Positions 1-9,498 of a stretch of 64,000 nt of DNA are shown in pieces. The stretch covers positions 672,001 through 736,000 of the forward strand of contig CAVTMK010000002.1 of assembly GCA_963735805.1 (NCBI GenBank), written 5' to 3'. Origin of the DNA: an uncultured Verrucomicrobiae bacterium (GTDB lineage Bacteria > Verrucomicrobiota > Verrucomicrobiia > Chthoniobacterales > UBA10450). A program made the translations under genes and the position numbers. Under the pieces are notes generated by a model. That model made no database searches. It had not been told where the DNA came from and saw only the letters and a list, made by a program, of their open reading frames with translations. Each line of letters starts with the position of its first letter. Within the stretch, counting starts at the first letter, position 1.

Positions 1-645
1 CTTGCATCCGCCCAGGTGGTCCTCACGCAACACCAAAAAGATCTCGGAGCACTGGTGCTCGATATCGGCGGCGGGACGACTGACTACGTTTTGTACGCGG
101 ACGGTGCGGTGAAGCAAAGCGGTTGTATTGCGATCGGCGGCGACCACATCACCAATGACATCTCAATGGGATTGCGGATCCCAATGGCCCGCGCGGAGAA
201 ACTCAAAACCGAGGAGGGAAGTTGTGTATTGGGCAATTGCTTCCCGGGCGAAATGATTTTGCTAAAGGACGATTCCGGCTTCGCCGGGAAAGAGATCGAG
301 CGCGAGACTTTGAACACGATCATTCATTTGCGCTTGCGGGAAACTCTTGAGTTGCTCAAGCGCAGACTCGATGAAGAGCCGTTCATCAATTACCTGGGCG
401 GTGGTATTTTCATTACGGGCGGATGCAGCCTCCTAAATGGCATCGGCAATCTTGCGGAAGAGATCTTCGAAATGCCCGCGCACGTCGCACACGCTCAAAC
501 AACATCGGGCGTGACGTCTGCAGTGGAGAACCCACAATTTTCAACTGCAATCGGGTTGATCAAATATGCTCAGGCCGTGCAAACAGATCGGCCGACTCGA
601 GGAATTGGGCGAATCCTGGGAAGAATTTTTAGCGGAAGACGATGA
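1..645 (+). CDS. ftsA: Cell division protein FtsA, C-terminal part (5' end outside window)
   Basis: Actin-like motifs LDIGGGTTD, GGDHITNDI and ITGG; directly upstream of ftsZ. Confidence 0.95.
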   Translation, partial: LASAQVVLTQHQKDLGALVLDIGGGTTDYVLYADGAVKQSGCIAIGGDHITNDISMGLRIPMARAEKLKTEEGSCVLGNCFPGEMILLKDDSGFAGKEIERETLNTIIHLRLRETLELLKRRLDEEPFINYLGGGIFITGGCSLLNGIGNLAEEIFEMPAHVAHAQTTSGVTSAVENPQFSTAIGLIKYAQAVQTDRPTRGIGRILGRIFSGRR

Positions 646-669
646 AGCCAAGAGCAGTGAAAACCTCAA

Positions 670-748
670 AATGATTAAATCGGTTAACAGTGAAATCAGT
701 CGCGATGAACCCAGTTTAACCATGTAACCCATCTAACCTTTTACCCAT
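670..748. repeat. Degenerate ~8-bp periodic repeat tract (GTTAAATC-like followed by TTTAACC-like units)
   Basis: ATTAAATCGGTTAAC...TTTAACCATGTAACCCATCTAACCTTTTACC between ftsA and ftsZ. Confidence 0.45.
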
Positions 749-751
749 CCA

Positions 752-2179
752 ATGATTCAACTTAGCAAAAACTACACTCTCCCAGAGCGCGCGGAGGAAT
801 TTATTCCAATTAAAATCGTCAGTGTTGGTGGCGCCGGCCTGAACGCAGTCGACCGCATAGTGCTCGACGGCTTGGAAGGCGCAGACGTCTTGGCCGTCAA
901 TACCGATGTGCAATCGCTCGCGAGCTCGGTTGCCGCGCACAAAGTCCAGCTAGGGCGCACCGTTACCCGTGGCCTGGGAGCCGGTGGCGATCCCGAGGTG
1001 GGTTATCAGGCGGCTTTCGAATCGACAGAGGAGATTCGCGAGTCGTTGGTTGGTGCCAGAATGATCTTCGTTTGCGCAGGACTCGGAGGGGGCACCGGGT
1101 CGGGCGCGGCCCCGTATGTGGCCCATCTCGCTCGCGAGGCAGGTGCGCTGGTGCTCGCGTTCGCAACACTTCCATTTTCGTTCGAAGGCAGGCGCCGCAA
1201 CGCGCAGGCACGCGAAGCTTTGTCTCGCCTGAACGAGATTGCGAACGCCGTAGTTTGTTTTGAAAACGATCAGATGGGGGACATGGTCGCTCCACATGCA
1301 GGAATTCATCAGGCATTTTCCAAGGCCGACACGACCATCAGCCAAAGTGTTCGTTCGATTGTAAATCTGATTCAGCGTCCAGGGCTCATTCGCATAGGCT
1401 TCGACGATTTGCTTTCTGCCTTACGCAGCCGCAACGGGCGATGCCTGTTCGGCTTTGGCGAATCCGATTCGGACAATCGCGCTCACGATGCTCTCGCACA
1501 GGCGCTCAAGAGTCCTCTAATGGATCGAGGTCGCACACTTGCGGATGCCGCGCGGGTGCTCGTCCAGGTGGCAGGCGGGCCGGCTATGACGCTCTCCGAA
1601 GTCGAAATCGTCATGAAGGAACTCGACCGGCATGTTAGCGACGAAACACAGATTCTTTTCGGAACCGCCGTGGACGGCCGATTAGGAGATCGCTTGAGCG
1701 TGACGATTATCAGTTCACTGACCGCGGATGAGAATTTGCCACAGACTCAACCTCCGCTGAGCAACGCGCCGTCAATGCCGCCGGTGTGGGAACAGCCTCA
1801 CCAGAGTTCGCCAGAGGTTGAGGTCGAGCCCGAGCCCGAACCGACACCAATCGAAGATTTTCAGCCGACAGAGACAACTCCTGTTGAGGAGCCTCATCTC
1901 ACCGAGGTCGAAGGCGTGCCAGCGCCGCCTGTCGAATTAGTCCCGAACACCTTTGAAGTTGTCGAGACGCCCGAGCCGCCCATGAGCACCCCACGGAGGA
2001 AGCCGGACCCTCCAAAAGAGGAAAAAGCGTCGGCTGAAAAGTCCATGCAAGCCAAACAGGAAGTTTTGCAGTTCGAGCCGGTGAATCGTGGTCGCTTTGA
2101 AAAGAGCGAGCCGACCATCGTCGAAGGCGAAGATCTCGACGTTCCGACCTACTTGCGGAAAAAAATCAAGGTGAAGTGA
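752..2179 (+). CDS. ftsZ: Cell division protein FtsZ with long Pro/Glu-rich linker
   Basis: GLGAGGDP and GGGTGSG tubulin signature; C-terminal LDVPTYLR peptide; follows ftsA. Confidence 0.97.
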   Translation: MIQLSKNYTLPERAEEFIPIKIVSVGGAGLNAVDRIVLDGLEGADVLAVNTDVQSLASSVAAHKVQLGRTVTRGLGAGGDPEVGYQAAFESTEEIRESLVGARMIFVCAGLGGGTGSGAAPYVAHLAREAGALVLAFATLPFSFEGRRRNAQAREALSRLNEIANAVVCFENDQMGDMVAPHAGIHQAFSKADTTISQSVRSIVNLIQRPGLIRIGFDDLLSALRSRNGRCLFGFGESDSDNRAHDALAQALKSPLMDRGRTLADAARVLVQVAGGPAMTLSEVEIVMKELDRHVSDETQILFGTAVDGRLGDRLSVTIISSLTADENLPQTQPPLSNAPSMPPVWEQPHQSSPEVEVEPEPEPTPIEDFQPTETTPVEEPHLTEVEGVPAPPVELVPNTFEVVETPEPPMSTPRRKPDPPKEEKASAEKSMQAKQEVLQFEPVNRGRFEKSEPTIVEGEDLDVPTYLRKKIKVK

Positions 2180-2192
2180 TGCGTCGGGCGCC

Positions 2193-2275
2193 AAATCGTA
2201 ATTAGTTAAATCGGTGAATCATAATTCGGGTCCGGTCCCGAATTTTCGAATTATGAATCCCGGATTACGAATTGC
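2193..2275. repeat. Degenerate 7-8-bp inverted repeat tract between convergent genes (possible terminator)
   Basis: AATCGTAATT/TCATAATTCGGG ... CCCGAATT/AATTATGA/TTACGAATT. Confidence 0.5.
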
Positions 2276-2286
2276 ACACGGTCGCT

Positions 2287-3630
2287 CTATTTTTTCATTA
2301 GGTCGAGCACGGCACTCGTCATTCCGATGATCCCTACACGGATTGTTGGCTCGGGAACGGGAGCGAATTTGCTCGAATGCAGAGTAGGCAATTCTTTTCC
2401 CTCCTGTTTGTACTCCGCGATCTTTGCTGGCTCGACTGCGCCGATATGAAAATCGACCGCCGGAATGGAGTGGTCCGGCAGGCTGTATTCGGAAAAATCC
2501 TCACCGCCCATCGTTGCATCGACCATCTTGACGTTGTCGTTGCCTAACGACTTTTTCCAAACAGCGACAAGCCGTTTGGTGAGTTCGGGGTTGTTGTAAG
2601 TCGCTGGCGTAAATTGATCTTTTGACACGGTGACAATCGGCGCGCGATCCGGCGGGACCCCTCCCGCGGCTGCGATTCCTTTGGCGATCCTATCAATCGC
2701 TGCCAACACACGCTCGCGCGTCTCAGATTTATAAGTGCGGACCGTCAACTGCATTTTCACTTCATCCGGAATGATGTTGTGCTTTGTTCCGCCGTGGATG
2801 GAACCGACCGTAACAACTATTGGATCGAGCGGATTATTTTCCCGGCTTGCGATGGTTTGCCAGTCGTTGATCATTTCCGCCGCGAGAACGATCGGATCTT
2901 TAGTCTTGTAAGGGTACGCACCGTGTCCGCCCACGCCTCGGACGGTCACATCGACTGAATCTACATTGGCGTAAGTGTAACCTTCGGTTACGCCGATGCG
3001 GCCGGTTTCCAGATCGGCTTTGTCATGAAACCCGAGCGCAAAGTTCGGTCTGCCGAATTTTTCGTAGAGGTTGTCTCTGAGTAATGCACGCGCGCCATTC
3101 CCAGTCTCCTCGGCGGGTTGGGCCACGAACAGGATCGTGCCGTGCCATTGATCTTTTAGCTTTGAAAGGGCCTGAGCAGTGCCGATGAACGCCGCCACGT
3201 GTGCGTCGTGTCCGCAGGCGTGCATCACATGCACATCCTTGCCTTCGTCGTTTTTGGTGACGACTTTGCTCGCGTACGGCAGGCCAGTTTCTTCATCTAC
3301 AGGCAGCGCATCCATGTCCGTGCGCACAAGCACAGTCGGCCCTTCGCCATTCTTCATCACGCCTACCACGCCGTAACCCTTCAATTTCGGGTTTTCATAC
3401 TTGCCGAGATGCTCGGTGACCTGGCAACCTGCCGCGCGCAATTCTTTTGCAATTAACGCTGCAGTGCGCTCTTCGTGTCCGGATAGTTCCGGATGACTGT
3501 GAATGTCCTTGTAGATCGCGAGCAATGAAGGCAGCTCTGAATCAGCGAGCGATTGCTGGGTTTGCTGTGCGAAGGTCGAAACTGCTAGCAAAACCAACGA
3601 CGACAAGAACGAGACAAAGCGAATCTGCAT
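2287..3630 (-). CDS. Secreted M20D-family amidohydrolase
   Basis: HPELS, RTDMDALP, MHACGHDAH, QPAEE and GGEDFS motifs; signal peptide after Met at 3630. Confidence 0.92.
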   Translation of the reverse strand: MQIRFVSFLSSLVLLAVSTFAQQTQQSLADSELPSLLAIYKDIHSHPELSGHEERTAALIAKELRAAGCQVTEHLGKYENPKLKGYGVVGVMKNGEGPTVLVRTDMDALPVDEETGLPYASKVVTKNDEGKDVHVMHACGHDAHVAAFIGTAQALSKLKDQWHGTILFVAQPAEETGNGARALLRDNLYEKFGRPNFALGFHDKADLETGRIGVTEGYTYANVDSVDVTVRGVGGHGAYPYKTKDPIVLAAEMINDWQTIASRENNPLDPIVVTVGSIHGGTKHNIIPDEVKMQLTVRTYKSETRERVLAAIDRIAKGIAAAGGVPPDRAPIVTVSKDQFTPATYNNPELTKRLVAVWKKSLGNDNVKMVDATMGGEDFSEYSLPDHSIPAVDFHIGAVEPAKIAEYKQEGKELPTLHSSKFAPVPEPTIRVGIIGMTSAVLDLMKK

Positions 3631-3676
3631 ATCCCATTTATAGCAGAAATTTGGCGCCACAGGCGCGTTTATCTGG

Positions 3677-3775
3677 CAACGCGTTGAGGACAACGCGTTC
3701 CACCTTGGCGCGTCGCGTCAAAGGTGGATCGGCTTCTCCGAAGGCGATGCCAAGCGAAATCGCCGAAAGCCCAAA
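3677..3775. repeat. Two truncated tandem copies of the GTGG-tagged REPIN-like element
   Basis: CAACGCGTTGAGGACAACGCGTTCCACCT (3677-3705) and AGGTGGATCGGCTTCTCCGAAGGCGATG (from 3722) match the ends of the copies at 45223 and 48046. Confidence 0.85.
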
Positions 3776-3821
3776 TTTTGGGACGCGACGGCGCGCAACC
3801 TCCCATTTACGTTAAATCTCC

Positions 3822-6119
3822 ATGGAATTCGAGAAGAATACCTTGCTCTTCGGCGCTGATCCAACGCCGCGCATCGTGGCCATTGAGCTCGGTGAAACCG
3901 GAACTGTTAAGGTTTATCGTCGGGAGACAGACGGATTGACCGTTGCCGACGTCGAGCCTTTTCATCCATTTGCCTGGTGCGACTCGGATGTTGTGGATCT
4001 TGGCATCGAATCCGAAAAACTTGAGAGCAATCTCAAGTATGGCTGGCTGGTCAAAGTCGATAGCTGGAAGGAACTCATCGCATTACGCAACGGGCTCAAA
4101 AACTCCGGGCGCGATTTCTTTGCGTTTACCGATCCCGTGCAGCATTACCTCACGGCGACCGGCCGGACGTTGTTTAAAGATCTGCGGTTTGAAGAACTGA
4201 AACGGTTACAAATCGAGGTTCTTGCTGCAACCGGGGTTGCTGACCCCGGCGCCGCAGCCAGCGACCGCGGCTACAACAGCGATCACATCATGTCCATCGC
4301 GCTCTCGGATAGCGCCGGGTTTGAAGAACTGCTGATTGTCGATCCAAAAAATGTCGACGAATCGGAGCACGCCGCACTGAAACGCCTGACCGCGATTATC
4401 AAAGAGCGGGATCCGGACGTGATCGAAGGTCACGACTTGTTCCGTTTCGATCTGCCGTATCTGGTCGCGCGTGCGAAAAAGGCAAAAACCAAACTCGATT
4501 GGGGACGCAGCGACGGATTCCTGCGCTCGCGGCCGTCACGACTCCAAATCGCCGAGAAAACAATCGACTATCCAAAGTTCACAGTCGGCGGCCGGCACTT
4601 CGTCGATACTTTTTTGCTCGCACAATTTTACGACATCGGCATGCGTTCTCTCGCTGGCTTCGAGCGGACTGATGTCGCCCGGCATTTCGATCTCTGTGAC
4701 AGTGGAGAAATATCCGCGTTGACAGGCAAAGAATTGCAATCTGCGTACCTGGCGAATTCGGAACAATTTCGACGACGCGCACTGTGCGGTGTCCGCGAGA
4801 CGCGGGCACTATCGCAACTTTTAAGCGCGAGTTACTTCATTCAGGCGCAGATTTTTCCCTACAACTATCAAGATGTAATCGTCCGCGGCAACGCGACGCG
4901 GATCAATGCGCTATTTCTGCGTGAATATTTCCGGCAACGCCATTCCATTCCTGAGTTGCCGATGGCGCGGGGCTTCGAGGGTGGTTTCACCGACGTCTTC
5001 TTCACCGGGGTTGCGCAGAACGTGTGGCATTGCGACGTCGCGTCGCTCTATCCGTCGATCATGTTGAAATTCGATTGCTTTCCGGTAAGCGACCAGTTGC
5101 AGATCTTCCGCCATTTACTTACTGACCTGCGCACGTTTCGACTGGCAACGAAGGCCGAAATGCGCGCGGAGAAAGATCCCGCGAAGCAACATCACCTCCA
5201 GGCGTTGCAAAATACGTTCAAGATTTTGCTCAACAGTTTCTATGGTTATCTGGGCTTTGCGCAGGGGCATTTTGCCGATTTCGATGCCGCCGCGCGTGTG
5301 ACACAGATCGGACGCGACTTATTGAAGAAGATGATTGACTGGTTAGGCAAACGCGGCGCGAAAGTCATTGAAGTCGATACGGACGGAATTTATTTTGTTC
5401 CACCGCCAGATGCTGTAGCCGGCGGCGGTGACGCCGGTCACCGAAGAGATGGTCGCGCGCGAGGCAGGCCGGGGTCGACGCCCCCGGCTACAACAATCGA
5501 TCGCCTGCGCCAGGGTCTGGCAGAGGAGTTGCCCGAGGGAATTGAAATCGATTTCGATGAGCAATTCGACGCCATGTTCAGCTACAAGGCGAAGAACTAC
5601 GCGCTCCTTACGAAAGGCGGCGATGTCATCATCAAGGGCGGCGCTCTCAAGTCGAGGGGCCTGGAGAAATTCCAGCGAGTTTTTCTGGAGGAAATGATCA
5701 AACTGATCATGCAGGGAAAACCGGAGGCGATTGCTGATCTTCGGAACGAATTCGAGAGAAAAATCCGGAATCGCGAATGGAAAATCGATATGCTGATGAA
5801 GACCGATACGCTCCAGGATTCTCTGGATAAATATCGCGCAAAGATCGCCGGCTCTACGCGCAACCGCGCCGCCGCCTACGAGCTGGCTCTTGCCAGCGAC
5901 CGGAGTTACAGGCCCGGGGATCAAATCAGTTATTACATCAGAGCTACGCCAAAGAAGGTCCCTGCCTACGAAGCAGCGAAACTGGCTTCCGAGTTCGATC
6001 CACAAGACCGCGATGAAAACGTCGATTACTACGTTTTCAAGCTCGATGAACTAGTGAAGAAGTTCCACGGCCTCACAGATGCCGCTTCCGCTCTGAAACA
6101 GGAGAGTCTGGCGCTTTAG
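3822..6119 (+). CDS. Family B DNA polymerase with degenerate 3'-5' exonuclease domain and two in-frame REP-derived inserts
   Basis: Motif A DVASLYPS, motif B KILLNSFYG, motif C DTDG, plus KNYA and KSRG; ExoII-like GHDLFRFD. Confidence 0.93.
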   Translation: MEFEKNTLLFGADPTPRIVAIELGETGTVKVYRRETDGLTVADVEPFHPFAWCDSDVVDLGIESEKLESNLKYGWLVKVDSWKELIALRNGLKNSGRDFFAFTDPVQHYLTATGRTLFKDLRFEELKRLQIEVLAATGVADPGAAASDRGYNSDHIMSIALSDSAGFEELLIVDPKNVDESEHAALKRLTAIIKERDPDVIEGHDLFRFDLPYLVARAKKAKTKLDWGRSDGFLRSRPSRLQIAEKTIDYPKFTVGGRHFVDTFLLAQFYDIGMRSLAGFERTDVARHFDLCDSGEISALTGKELQSAYLANSEQFRRRALCGVRETRALSQLLSASYFIQAQIFPYNYQDVIVRGNATRINALFLREYFRQRHSIPELPMARGFEGGFTDVFFTGVAQNVWHCDVASLYPSIMLKFDCFPVSDQLQIFRHLLTDLRTFRLATKAEMRAEKDPAKQHHLQALQNTFKILLNSFYGYLGFAQGHFADFDAAARVTQIGRDLLKKMIDWLGKRGAKVIEVDTDGIYFVPPPDAVAGGGDAGHRRDGRARGRPGSTPPATTIDRLRQGLAEELPEGIEIDFDEQFDAMFSYKAKNYALLTKGGDVIIKGGALKSRGLEKFQRVFLEEMIKLIMQGKPEAIADLRNEFERKIRNREWKIDMLMKTDTLQDSLDKYRAKIAGSTRNRAAAYELALASDRSYRPGDQISYYIRATPKKVPAYEAAKLASEFDPQDRDENVDYYVFKLDELVKKFHGLTDAASALKQESLAL
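4226..4275. repeat. Intragenic GTAG-family REP pair inside the polymerase gene
   Basis: TGCAACCGGGGTTGCTGACCCCGG...CCGCAGCCAGCGACCGCGGCTACA; similar to the intergenic copy at 20082-20162. Confidence 0.8.
5414..5492. repeat. Intragenic GTAG-family REP pair inside the polymerase gene
   Basis: TGTAGCCGGCGGCGGTGACGCCGG...CCGGGGTCGACGCCCCCGGCTACA inverted arms. Confidence 0.9.
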
Positions 6120-7819
6120 TCAGCGCATGATCCCGACGCTGTCGACGTGCGGTTTAGTTCAAAGTTCGCCGTCGACCCTGGTCGACAGAGACACGAGCTG
6201 GTGATTTTCACGTCGGCTTTTGCCCATACCTTGTTGAACCGGGCACGCGTTGCCTCAAATTCTGCGCCGCGTTTTTCCTGTTCACCGAGCGCTTCTGACA
6301 ACCCGAACAGAGACCAACCATTTTCGGGCAGACGCTTCAGGTCATCGCGATAGACTTGCTCGGCCTGGGCGAAACGGCCGGCAGCCATCAGGTTCGCACC
6401 GATTGTATGTCGCAACGGAACCATCCAGGAGGGAGGCTCGTCGTACGTCAGGGCGTCCTCCAATGTGAGCGCAACACGCAATTCGGCGAGACCAGAGTCG
6501 AGTTTCGCTTCGGCTATCAGTAGTTCGCCTTCAATCATGTGATTTGCGAGTGCGATGATTGACTCAGCGCTGTTGTTGCCGACCGCGGTATCTTTTGGAA
6601 CGTGCTGGACGCGGTCTCGGAAGATTGCCTGCTCGTTCCGCGCTTTTTCAGTGTCACCTTTGGCGGCAAAGGCAATCGCGCGCGCCCCATGATGGAACGC
6701 GCGAGCGAATGGCGTGTAGTCAGGATAATTTTCCGGTTCCGCAAGGATGTCGTCCCATTTTCCAAAGCGCACCATCACTTCCAGTGGAATCGCACCAAAG
6801 CTCTCCACCAAAGCTGCGTTTTCCTTCACAAACTCGGGCGGCAAGTCTTTCATCATTTTGCGCACGTAACGCATTGCAAGTTTGCTTTGACCGGTCATGA
6901 CCGCGGCGTAGACGATCATGTGTTGGTTGTGCGCGGCGTAAAACGGGAATAGGCCAACTGCTCGGTTCCCCGTCACGTTTCGGTAACGTTTATCGGCTTG
7001 AACCGCGTTAACGTTCGTTGCGATCGCCTCATGCCAGCGCCCGCGACGGATATCGATGTGCGATGGCATATGTACGTTGTGGGCGAGACCTGGCTGAAGC
7101 TTGCGCAGACGATCGGCCGCTAGCTCAGCGCGCTCCGGGTGTGGTGAAGCTTCGACCGCGTGGATGTAAAGATGATTGGCGAACGGATGGCGCGGGTTCA
7201 GCTTCAATACCGCATCGAGCGTAGCGATGATCTCTTCAGTGCCAGGATTTGGTTGACCTTCACTTGTCCATTGGTTCCAGGGCCGAAGGTCCATCATCGC
7301 TTCTGCGAATAGCACACCAACGTCGGCGTCCTTGGGGAATTTTTTCCAGACGTCGCGCATCGCCTCGGCATACGCTTGATCGAGCGGACCACGGTCGCTC
7401 GGTTGTGGAAATGCGTAGCGCTTGCTCAGGGCATCGATCAACGCTCGCTCGACTTCTGAGGCGTTCGAAACATGTTGTTTCGCGAGGGTAAGTTCCTTCC
7501 ATGCCAGTTCGGCCATCGGCGGCGGCACGAGCGCATAATTGATATGCGGACCGGCAGCCAGCGCGACGCCCCAATGTGCCATAGCGCATTGCGGATCGAG
7601 CCGCGCAGCTTCCTGGAAGGAGCGTATCGCGCCAGCGTGATTGAACCCATGAAGCAGCGCCAATCCTTGATCAAAATAACGCTGCGCTTTTGAGTTTTGT
7701 GTTGTGATCTTACGCGAGTACGTGCCCAGGCCGTCATAAAATGGCTCCGCCGCATCGCCGCTTCCGTAAAGGACCAGCCCAAGAACGGCGCCCGTAAATG
7801 CACGACGGATGGCGCTCAT
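6116..7819 (-). CDS. Secreted tetratricopeptide-repeat protein
   Basis: TPR-like helices (AIRSFQEAARLDPQCAMAHWGVA); HLYIHAVE and HMPSHI motifs; signal peptide. Confidence 0.82.
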   Translation of the reverse strand: MSAIRRAFTGAVLGLVLYGSGDAAEPFYDGLGTYSRKITTQNSKAQRYFDQGLALLHGFNHAGAIRSFQEAARLDPQCAMAHWGVALAAGPHINYALVPPPMAELAWKELTLAKQHVSNASEVERALIDALSKRYAFPQPSDRGPLDQAYAEAMRDVWKKFPKDADVGVLFAEAMMDLRPWNQWTSEGQPNPGTEEIIATLDAVLKLNPRHPFANHLYIHAVEASPHPERAELAADRLRKLQPGLAHNVHMPSHIDIRRGRWHEAIATNVNAVQADKRYRNVTGNRAVGLFPFYAAHNQHMIVYAAVMTGQSKLAMRYVRKMMKDLPPEFVKENAALVESFGAIPLEVMVRFGKWDDILAEPENYPDYTPFARAFHHGARAIAFAAKGDTEKARNEQAIFRDRVQHVPKDTAVGNNSAESIIALANHMIEGELLIAEAKLDSGLAELRVALTLEDALTYDEPPSWMVPLRHTIGANLMAAGRFAQAEQVYRDDLKRLPENGWSLFGLSEALGEQEKRGAEFEATRARFNKVWAKADVKITSSCLCRPGSTANFELNRTSTASGSCAD

Positions 7820-7975
7820 AACCAGGAGGTGACTGTAATCTGGTCTTTTATCCGGGCAACATACTGGCCACGAACTCTGAAGAACTCAAGACACTCAGCG
7901 TTGCTGGACTGTAGGGCTCCGGAAAAATCAGCAGTTCCAGTTGCATGCCTTGTTCGGTCGCGCGATCAGATTCTT

Positions 7976-9475
7976 ATGGAACCACTCATCCGAAACGCCG
8001 CCATCCTTGCCGCATTCGCCATTATTGCCATCGCTCCGGGTTCGAGCTACTCAGCCGAAACGGATCTTAAGGACATCAAAAGCGAGATCACCAAACGCCA
8101 TGATGAAGCAGTGAAGCGATTACAGGATTGGATCGGGCAAGTATCGATCGCCGCGGAGAATCGCGGATACCCGGAAGGCGCTGAGTACATGGCGAAGCTG
8201 GCGCGCGATGCCGGATTTCAGCAGGCGACGGTGATTCACACTGACGGAAAACCGGGTGTATTCGCGACGTCGGATGCCGGTGCACCGAAAACGATCGGAC
8301 TTTATTTCATGTACGACGTGAAACAGTTCGACCCGGCGGAGTGGACGTCGCCGCCGACAGAAGCGCGAATCGTCGACAAACCGCCACTCGGCAAAGTGAT
8401 CGTCGGACGCGGGGCCGTGAACCAGAAGGGACCAGAGGCAGCCTTCCTCGCGGCATTGCATGCGATCCGCGGCGCGGGGAAGAAGATGCCGGTGAATTTG
8501 GTCTTGGTGGCAGAGGGCGAGGAGGAGATTGGTTCGCCGCATATTCCGCAGCTCGTTAGGCGTCCGGAAGTACTGGCCGCGCTTAAGAAATGTGACGGCG
8601 TATTTATGCCGTCAGCGACGCAGGATTTGGATGGAATCGTGACAGTAAACCTCGGCTCGAAAGGCGTGATCGAGCTCGAGCTGGTCTCGAGCGGTGAAAA
8701 ATGGGGACGCGGTCCGGCGAAGGATATCCACTCTTCACTCAAGGCGATGGTAGACAGCCCAGCCTGGCATTTGGTGAAAGCAATGAACACGCTTGTGTCC
8801 GAGGACGGTAACGAAATTACGATCGATAATTATCCGAAACCGCTGCCACTGAGTGCGGAAGAGAAAACAATGATTGAAAAAGTGTCGAAAGTGCGGAACG
8901 AAGCCCAGACAAAGAAGTTATTTAGCGTCCAGCATTGGATCAACGATCTACCATGGGAACAGGCGAACGAACGCCTCGAATCGGCGCCCACGGTCAATAT
9001 TGAGGGACTGGTCGGCGGGTACACAGGCCCTGGGGGCAAGACGATCCTGCCGCATCGTGCCGTCGCGAAGATCGATATGCGTCTCGTTCCCGATATGAAA
9101 GCAGCGGATGCGCTCGCCGCGTTGAAGGCTCATCTGGCGAAGCGCGGCTTTGGCGACATCGAAGTAAACATGACTGGCGGATACGATCCAACGAGCACTT
9201 CGGCTGATTCAAAACTGATTAAGGCGCAGGTTGAGACCTACAAAAAATTCGGAATCGATGCGTTACTCTGGCCGCGCAACGCTGGCTCGTACCCAGGATA
9301 TGTTTTCACCGGGCAACCGCTGAAACTTGCCGCCGGTCATTTCGGGCTCGGCCACGGCAGCGGGGCGCATGCGCCGGACGAGTATTACATCATCGAATCG
9401 ACAAACGCGAAAATACAGGGATTCGACGGCGCAGTGATGTCGTTCGTCGAATATCTCTACGACCTGGCAAAGTAG
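7976..9475 (+). CDS. Secreted M20/M25/M40 family metallopeptidase (dipeptidase-like)
   Basis: GRGAVNQKG, EGEEEIGSP and AHAPDEY motifs; signal peptide after ATG 7976. Confidence 0.88.
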   Translation: MEPLIRNAAILAAFAIIAIAPGSSYSAETDLKDIKSEITKRHDEAVKRLQDWIGQVSIAAENRGYPEGAEYMAKLARDAGFQQATVIHTDGKPGVFATSDAGAPKTIGLYFMYDVKQFDPAEWTSPPTEARIVDKPPLGKVIVGRGAVNQKGPEAAFLAALHAIRGAGKKMPVNLVLVAEGEEEIGSPHIPQLVRRPEVLAALKKCDGVFMPSATQDLDGIVTVNLGSKGVIELELVSSGEKWGRGPAKDIHSSLKAMVDSPAWHLVKAMNTLVSEDGNEITIDNYPKPLPLSAEEKTMIEKVSKVRNEAQTKKLFSVQHWINDLPWEQANERLESAPTVNIEGLVGGYTGPGGKTILPHRAVAKIDMRLVPDMKAADALAALKAHLAKRGFGDIEVNMTGGYDPTSTSADSKLIKAQVETYKKFGIDALLWPRNAGSYPGYVFTGQPLKLAAGHFGLGHGSGAHAPDEYYIIESTNAKIQGFDGAVMSFVEYLYDLAK

Positions 9476-9498
9476 GGAGCGGCAGCCACCGCCAGCGG

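Noticed and set aside
3822..6119. PolB as marker of a mobile element (casposon, pipolin or phage)
   Set aside because: No cas1, integrase, terminal repeats or phage genes nearby; flanked by ordinary chromosomal genes.
6130..6190. Possible REP remnant (GCCGTCGACCCTGG) forming the TPR protein C-terminus
   Set aside because: The match is short and lacks the GTAG tag; it could be chance in GC-rich DNA.
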